This document shows, piece by piece, positions 38,399 through 44,922 of a stretch of 44,922 nucleotides of DNA (position 1 is its first letter; each line of letters starts with the position of its first letter). This stretch comes from Azolla caroliniana (Eukaryota; Plantae; Polypodiophyta). The DNA lies in the NCBI GenBank assembly GCA_043228905.1, contig JBHGNT010000252.1:1-44922 (forward strand), given 5' to 3'. The notes beneath the pieces were generated by a model. That model had not been told where the DNA came from, did no database searches, and was given only the letters and a program-made list of their open reading frames with translations. Made by a program: the position numbers and the translations under genes.

Positions 38399-40847
38399 TA
38401 AGGAACAATGGTTCCCTAAAGAAAGTAAACAAATAAGCGAAGAAAACCAGATAATTTTGCTTGTTTGCATTTGTCTAAAGCAAACAAAGAACTTTGGTAT
38501 CGGGTAATTTTTGTCGGATAACATGGGCAAAAATGGGTAATAATGCTCGTATAGAAGATGTAAAATAGCTTTGGTCGACGAATACGAACCTGTACAATGC
38601 AGAATGAGCATTAGTACCAGGGGGTGTAGTGTATTGATATGGGTAAAACATATAAACACACATATACATATATATAGCCATTAAGATTGTATTGGTCGTG
38701 ATATTGGGGAATGAATGGTTCAAAGGAACCCATCCCCTTGGTGACATGTTTGGTTTTGGGTGTGTGGAAGAGGTGCACACATCCAATTTTCTTTGAAAGG
38801 TATATGCAAATGACGCCTTCAAAGTTTTAGTATTTAAACATTCGAAAAAACAGAAACAAACAGGCATCCGAACAAGTGCCCAAAAGGTTACGATTGGCAT
38901 CTACTAAGTAAAGATTATTTTGTAAACACATGCCTTTTTGCATTATAAAATGTAAGAATCTGGTTGTTTCAGATGTAACTCACATTTTCTGACATTGATG
39001 CAAGATATAATCTCAATCTTGGGGGAATAATATGTACAAAGCAATGTGGAATTGTGATTTCAAAAAATTGAAAATTATTGATGGTAGTAAATTGCCAATT
39101 TCGTGGTGGGTATGCAACTATTTTTAGTTTGTTGTGTTACTGTTTTGAATGTAACAAGAGAAATATACAATCACACATTATGGCAATGTTACTTTCTGTC
39201 GAGACTAGTCTTACATGTTTCCATGTATATTAACGTCATAGGTTTTATATGTAATGACTTGAGCGAGCTTTGGCACATGCAATCTCTCATTTTCTCAAAT
39301 CGCACCCCTATCACTCATTGTTCCATGCAGACCTAGTCAATCATATTCATATGATAGTTTGAAGCCACCAAGTAAATCATATATTTAGTTGTATGCAAGC
39401 CTAGTCAAGATATTTTGCAATCTCATATTAACATAACTACCACTTGTATTATGTATAAGTAAATGATCATCAATGCAAGCATGGTGCGTTCACATCACTT
39501 TGTAATTAATGCTCGATGAGGTTTGAAATCCACTAATATGTTGCCCTCTATGGAGCTTATTGCAAAGTGATGGAATAAAAGCAATGGCAATGTTGGGAAG
39601 TTGCATGGTTGATAATGAGTCAATTCCTTTAGCTGTACAACATAGGAGGATGAGAAATGCTCAAAATTTTGGTTTCCTAATTGTTGCTTGAAATAGGAAA
39701 TGTAAATAAATGTTTTATATAAGTTTTCATATATCTAAACAATAAGATGGGAAAATCATGTGGATATAATGGAGGGAACAACCTTGTTGTCAAGGGCGAA
39801 GTAAGAAATGTTGAATTCCATCAAAGATTCCTTGCAAATGGACAAACCAAAATTCGTTGAAAAATGTTGGTAATAATGTAACATTAAGGTGAAAACCAAT
39901 GAGCAAAGTCATCATGTAAGAGTTGGTACCGATTGGTGAAGAATTGCAAATGAATCGAGGCTCAAGTTTGGTGGTCGTGACCTTTAGATATGGTATTGGT
40001 GGATCAATAAAAACACAAGAATCATTCAAAAATCCATGCCCTAGTTACATAAATTATATAATTTATTGTTTGCTAATCATATAATGTTTGTGAAGTAGAA
40101 GAACACATAAACAAAGTTCCTCTTCAAGGTGACGTAAAATAGTTTTTATAAACCATGGAAACTACATCCATATTCTTAACTTCATAATAATGTTAATAAT
40201 GTCTCCTATATTTCTTGGGCATCAATTCTATTGAAATAGGAAGATATAATGAACGCTCCCAAGTTTTCATTATTTCACCAATGCCCTTGGTTAGCCTTTG
40301 AAGAGAGAAACAAGGACGGAAACGACCACTCAAAATAGCACATTCAGTTGAGAAAAAGGAAAAGATAATTACTTGGTTAATGGTGATGTAAACAAAAGGG
40401 TGGGGATAAAGTAAAACATAGGGGTATATTTCGTGGATCATAACAAAGCACTAAAGGGGAAATATAGAAGAGAAAGCATGGAGAGGAATATTATGCAGAT
40501 TACAACGGGAAAACTCGAGTGCTTATGGAGGACGTGAAGTAAATGAAAGGGAGGGGGGTACAATGCTTGATCCTCTTGGAACGGATGATTGAACCACAGG
40601 CGGCCGGCCGAAAGGTTGCCGCCTAACCATCTTTGAAAAAACGATAAGCGCAGCAAGTGTTTCATCTAGAAATGCCCGGGCTCCTTGCTCATTGGACGTG
40701 GGTTGGGGGGCAGGTCGTGGAATTATAGAAAACCAAAAAGACACATGGACAACGCAGAGTGACGGAGAAAGAGAGAGGAAGAAGGTGATGACGACCATGG
40801 TACACGCTTATTAACGAAAGAAAAGTGCCTCTTTTTACCCTTCTTTT

Positions 40848-40856
40848 AAACCCTAA
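40848..40856 (+). promoter_or_regulatory. Telo-box (AAACCCTAA) in the ValRS 5' region
   Basis: Exact motif about 50 nt before the first candidate ATG. Telo-boxes are enriched in plant translation-machinery genes. It may also overlap the branch point of a small intron. Confidence 0.45.
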
Positions 40857-40903
40857 GTCTTCCTGCAGGACGGAAGCTCGATCCATCCTTCCATCCCTTG
40901 GCC

Positions 40904-43900
40904 ATGGCGGATACTCATGATAGAGGCGGGAATGGCGACCTCGACCTCCGTAATGAAGATGTATTTCTACTCATTTTTTTCTGCACCATTCTCTCTGGCT
41001 TCTCTATTGTCACCTCTCCTGTTCTATCTTCTTAACATTATATTTCTACTTTTCTTTCCTTTTTTCCTTCTTTGTAGACATCGGAATCAGCTAATGGTAG
41101 CGACGCAGATTTGGAGAGGAAGAAGAGAAGGGATGAGAAGGTAGTTGAAGCTATTTTCTTTTTGCTCCTCTTCCTTTGTATATCTTTCCTTAATCAACTG
41201 TATTCGGCTTTCTTTTAAAGGTTGGATTGAAGCTCCCGTAGCTTCTCTTCATTTCTGTTGATTGTGAATGATAGTTAACCAATATGAAAAGCTAAGCAAC
41301 GTTTCTGTCAAAGCTTTGTTTTTTTATGCTTCTTCCTTTATATCTTTTTTCAATCAACTATAAAAACGAGCAAGGGAATGTGCTTCAGTATAGAGGAACT
41401 CAACCTTCAGATACATTCATCCTTTAAAGGTTGGAGTGAAGCTCTCATAGATCACTTCATTTCTGTTGAATATGCATGAGAGTAGACCAGTACGAAAAAC
41501 TAAGCAAAGGAGTTGGTGAAGGCAAAAGCAATGAAATTTTCTTCTTCTTCTGCATATCTTTCTTAAACGGTCTGTAAAAACGAGCAAAGGTTCTTATTTT
41601 AGTGCAGAATGAAATTCAGGTCCGTCGATGTTTTTAATTAATTGAAGCTTTCCATAGCTTTGCTTCATTTATATTGAACATGAAAGATATTAGATGTATT
41701 CTAGAATAGAAGACTAAGCAAAGCTGTGATAAAAGGAAATTTGATTGGAAGATTGATCCGTAGATCATACTAAAGTAGACTGTAATCCGTTTTAGAGTAG
41801 AGAAGTTTATTCAGAGAACCAACACCCTCTGTTCTTCTTAAGGTTCTATTTTAAGATCAAACATGGGACTAAATAGATTGGAAAACTAAGCAAAGCTTTT
41901 TAGAAAACAGTGTTTTTCCTCCAGTAACACAGTTTCAACAGTTAATGTGATGGCGTGTTCTCTAAAGATTCCACGACACAAGTTTCTGTTGCCATGCTTC
42001 TGCATAATCTATACTGAGCAAACCAGAGAATGGAAAACAAAGCAAAACGTAGACAAAACGATCCATAGAGAATGAAACAAAATAGGAAAAGATGATGATG
42101 ACGAGAAGCTCAGTTAAGACTCTAAACATAGCCAAAAAGGATATAGTTTGCTGAAAAATCTCGTAGGCACAATTTTAAGATAGAAAATTTTAAGGTCTAA
42201 TGGACAACCAGAAAATTTCCATGCCTTTGAGAGGATCTGTGACGTGGGATGGACCTTGTGCAGCACACTTCTGCTTCATTTTGATGCAGTAGGATGTTGA
42301 ATGGAATGGCAAATTGAGCAATCAAATTATTTTCATTCAATCATGGAATCTATGCATTCTTTCCAAAGATTTCATAACATGACTGATAATTCTGAACGTC
42401 AATAGTTGCTTAATATCAATTGGACATGGTATTAAATTGAATGAATGATTGTCAAACGCTTTTGTGAAAGCTGTGAGTTCTCTGGAACAGCTAAGAACCA
42501 TGATTCTGAATTAGATGAATAATTATGGAAACTATGCATGCTTTCTAAAGGTTCCATAACATGAATGATAAGTCTGAACGCCAATGGTTGCTTCATATCA
42601 ATTGGACATTGTATTATATTGAATGGATGGTTATGAAAAGCTTTCGTGAAGTCTGTGAGTTCTCCATAACTGCGAAGAACCATGATTCTCAATTAGATGA
42701 ATGTGGAGGCTTTTAGAGACAACCAAGTTACTTACTTTCATGCATTGATAATGTCTGCAATTTTTTGTTTTTTCTTCTCCAACTCATTTATATATGATTT
42801 GATAGAGTGCTTGATGCTTATGCATGATTTACCTTAATTCTAAAATGATCATTGTCAAAAGACATTTGAGTAACTATGCATTATTATGGAGTAAGAAGCT
42901 TGAAGAGAAAACGAAATCAGGGTTGATTTGGCAATGTGAGAAAGAAATTGCTGTTGCACATTGCGGATGCTGTGTGAATCAGACTGTGGTTCTAATAGTT
43001 ACTGAAGGTTTCATGTTGGCAGCATCAGCTTATTGGATGAATATTCTGTGTTCAATGTAGAGGTATGATTGTGACGTCTGAGGCTATCTAGTTTATTTCA
43101 ATTTTTGGAGAAAAATGCCAATGGAAACGTACTCCAAGTGTCAATGGAGTACTTGTGTCAGGAAAATGCTAATTATGTGATAAGACAGCTAACAGAGGAT
43201 TTATGTTGTAGAAAGATTTCACTGTGCTTTACAGTGGCCATAGAAAGCTCTTTGCTGTTTCTTGCAGCGTGTATTCTGTCAAGGTCAAAATGTTAGATTA
43301 TGTCGCAATGGGCACAGTTTCGGCTCAAACCGAAGCGAATTGTTAAGCCATGGTTTAACGGTTTATTGGTTCCAAAAGAATTTAATGGTTTGGATTTTTG
43401 ATAAATGGTTCGGTTTCGGTTCTAAAACTTGGGTTTATAGGTTTATAGGTTTGGTTTAAAGGTTTATAGGTTTTTGGTTAACTTTTATTTTACCTTAACA
43501 GTTTATTAATTTAATGGTTTAATTAATGGGTTTTTATTGATTTAATAAATTTAACTTAAATACTTATTTAATTTAATGTATTTTAGTTTATTTAGATGTT
43601 TGATTAGTTTGATTTAATTTTTCAGGTTTAAATTTTCTATTAAATGGTTTGGATTGGTTTCAACTTTTCCCTAAACGGTTTAGTTTGGTTTTTGTTTTGT
43701 ATAAACGGTTCGGTTCGGTTTCTTTGCCTTGAAACCGAACCGAACCGAACCGAGCCCATCTGATTATGTATGAAATTTTCCATATGCTATGTACAAAGAT
43801 CTTTGTAGTTACATAGGAAACAAGCTTATGTACTCAATTTTCCATATGCTATGTATGCAATCTTAAATTAAATGACAGCCATTGTAGGAAATGCAATTAG

Positions 43901-44732
43901 TTGTATTTTGAGAGAACTGGAATGTAGCTAAACTGTCATGCCAAGGAGGCCATTTTTGACAAATTCATTTATTACTGCTACTTACGTAGAAGAGTTCATA
44001 TTTACAAGGTTTTGTTATTTGTATTACTATTACTATCTTATATTTATAAACCTAGATACTTGCGTCCAAAATAATCCTATGATGAGTACAGATCAGTATA
44101 AATTCCTTGCTAATCTCATTATGAACACAGGCTAAGGAGAAGGAAGCAAAGAAACTAAAAGCCTTGCAAAAAGCGGAGGCATTGAAAGCCCAGGTAAGCG
44201 TTGTCTACTACATTCATTTTTGCTGTGTTTCTCTTCATAACCTTGAAAATACATGTGTGGATATGACAGAAAGAGAAGGAGACCTCTAAACCCAAGGAAA
44301 CAAAAAAAACTGCTCGCAAACATGAAGAGGATGGTGACTATCAAGATCCGCCCACCGTTCCAGGGGAAAGAAAAAAATTAGCACCTGATATGGCAAAATC
44401 ATATGATCCCACACTCGTTGAAGCAAGGTGATTATGTGAATTTGGTTGCTTGGCTAGTTCCTGCCAGAATGCTACTCTGTTAATATCTGATTGTTGATTA
44501 TTCTCACAGTTGGTATGAGTATTGGGAGAAATCTGGATTTTTTGTTGCTGATCCTGCTCGGAAGAGTCCACCTTTTGTGATTGTGAGTTATTTAGGCCTG
44601 GTTTCTTAAGGAAAACTTCAGATTGTTGAATTTGATTCTGAATTAATAATTCATTCAAAATTTCAGGTGATTCCTCCACCAAATGTTACAGGTGCTCTAC
44701 ACATTGGACATGGCCTCACATGTGCTATAGAA
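40904..44732 (+). CDS. ValRS: Valyl-tRNA synthetase, eukaryotic cytosolic type, 5' portion (gene continues beyond the window)
   Basis: Exon 1 is ambiguous (40904-40960, or 40917/40932-40949). Then 41078-41140 (DLERKKRRDEK), 44131-44193 (AKEKEAKKLKALQK), 44270-44427 (DPPTVPGERKKLAPDMAKSYDPTLVEA), 44510-44582 (WYEYWEKSGFF...PPFVI) and 44667-44732 (VIPPPNVTGALHIGHGLT). PPPNVTGxLHIGH is the class I ValRS signature. Confidence 0.92.
41165..41722. repeat. Three diverged tandem units of about 160-215 bp in the long ValRS intron
   Basis: ATATCTTT..., TGAAGCT..C.TAG...CTTCATTT..TTGA and CTAAGCAA recur at about 41165, 41328 and 41543, with a partial unit near 41880. Confidence 0.7.
42339..42702. repeat. 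Diverged tandem duplication with 182-bp period in the ValRS intron
   Basis: AAT(C/T)ATGGAA.CTATGCAT...TCTGAACG.CAAT.GTTGCTT.ATATCAATTGGACAT...AAGAACCATGATTCT.AATTAGATGAAT at 42339-42520 and 42521-42702. Confidence 0.85.
43304..43761. mobile_element. Non-autonomous hAT-type MITE in the ValRS intron
   Basis: 8-bp direct repeat GATTATGT at 43296-43303 and 43762-43769 (TSD). Imperfect terminal inverted repeats (ATGGGCACAGTTTCGG / CCGAACCGAGCCCAT), subterminal AACCG/CGGTT arrays and an AT-rich core. Confidence 0.8.
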
Positions 44733-44922
44733 GTATGTGCACATTATTCATTTCAGTTATGAATATTTATAATTATCTTTTTCTCGATCGCTTTAAATTG
44801 ACTGAACTGAGGTGTAGAAGCACAGGTACATGCATTATAATTTCATAGATATTGTGCATCCAAACACAAGAGGGGTTTTAACATAATGTAGCAAGCTCTC
44901 TTAGATGGAGAAACCACTCACT

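Noticed and set aside
39230-39460. Possible Gypsy RNase H remnant on the minus strand (FEK...LHVPK)
   Set aside because: Only a few residues match, across frameshifts.
44132-44682. Minus-strand ORFs of 70 and 113 aa
   Set aside because: They are antisense to ValRS exons and introns, with no independent support.

Overview
This is AT-rich, intron-containing plant nuclear DNA. The PLS-PPR repeat style suggests a fern, but that is inference. I assembled five genes by hand from GT-AG boundaries and frame continuity. (1) NAP1 nucleosome assembly protein (minus strand, ATG 7540): two in-frame stops cut the acidic tail, and the CaaX-encoding last exon is tandemly duplicated but unreachable in frame. 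(2) A 13-exon NRAMP metal transporter (+, 15118-23162). (3) An intronless PLS-E class PPR gene (-, 24819-27143) with a decayed E-domain duplicate just downstream. (4) A 13-exon EDR1-like B3 Raf kinase (+, 30764-38398). (5) The 5' end of valyl-tRNA synthetase (+, from about 40904, running off the window). Intergenic and intronic DNA holds an hAT-type MITE with an 8-bp TSD, decayed TE remnants, a dispersed repeat family, many 100-190 bp local tandem duplications and microsatellites. I see no rRNA, tRNA or CRISPR, and no clearly new multi-gene system. The best leads are the truncated NAP1 with a doubled orphan CaaX exon and the two-frame first exon of ValRS.
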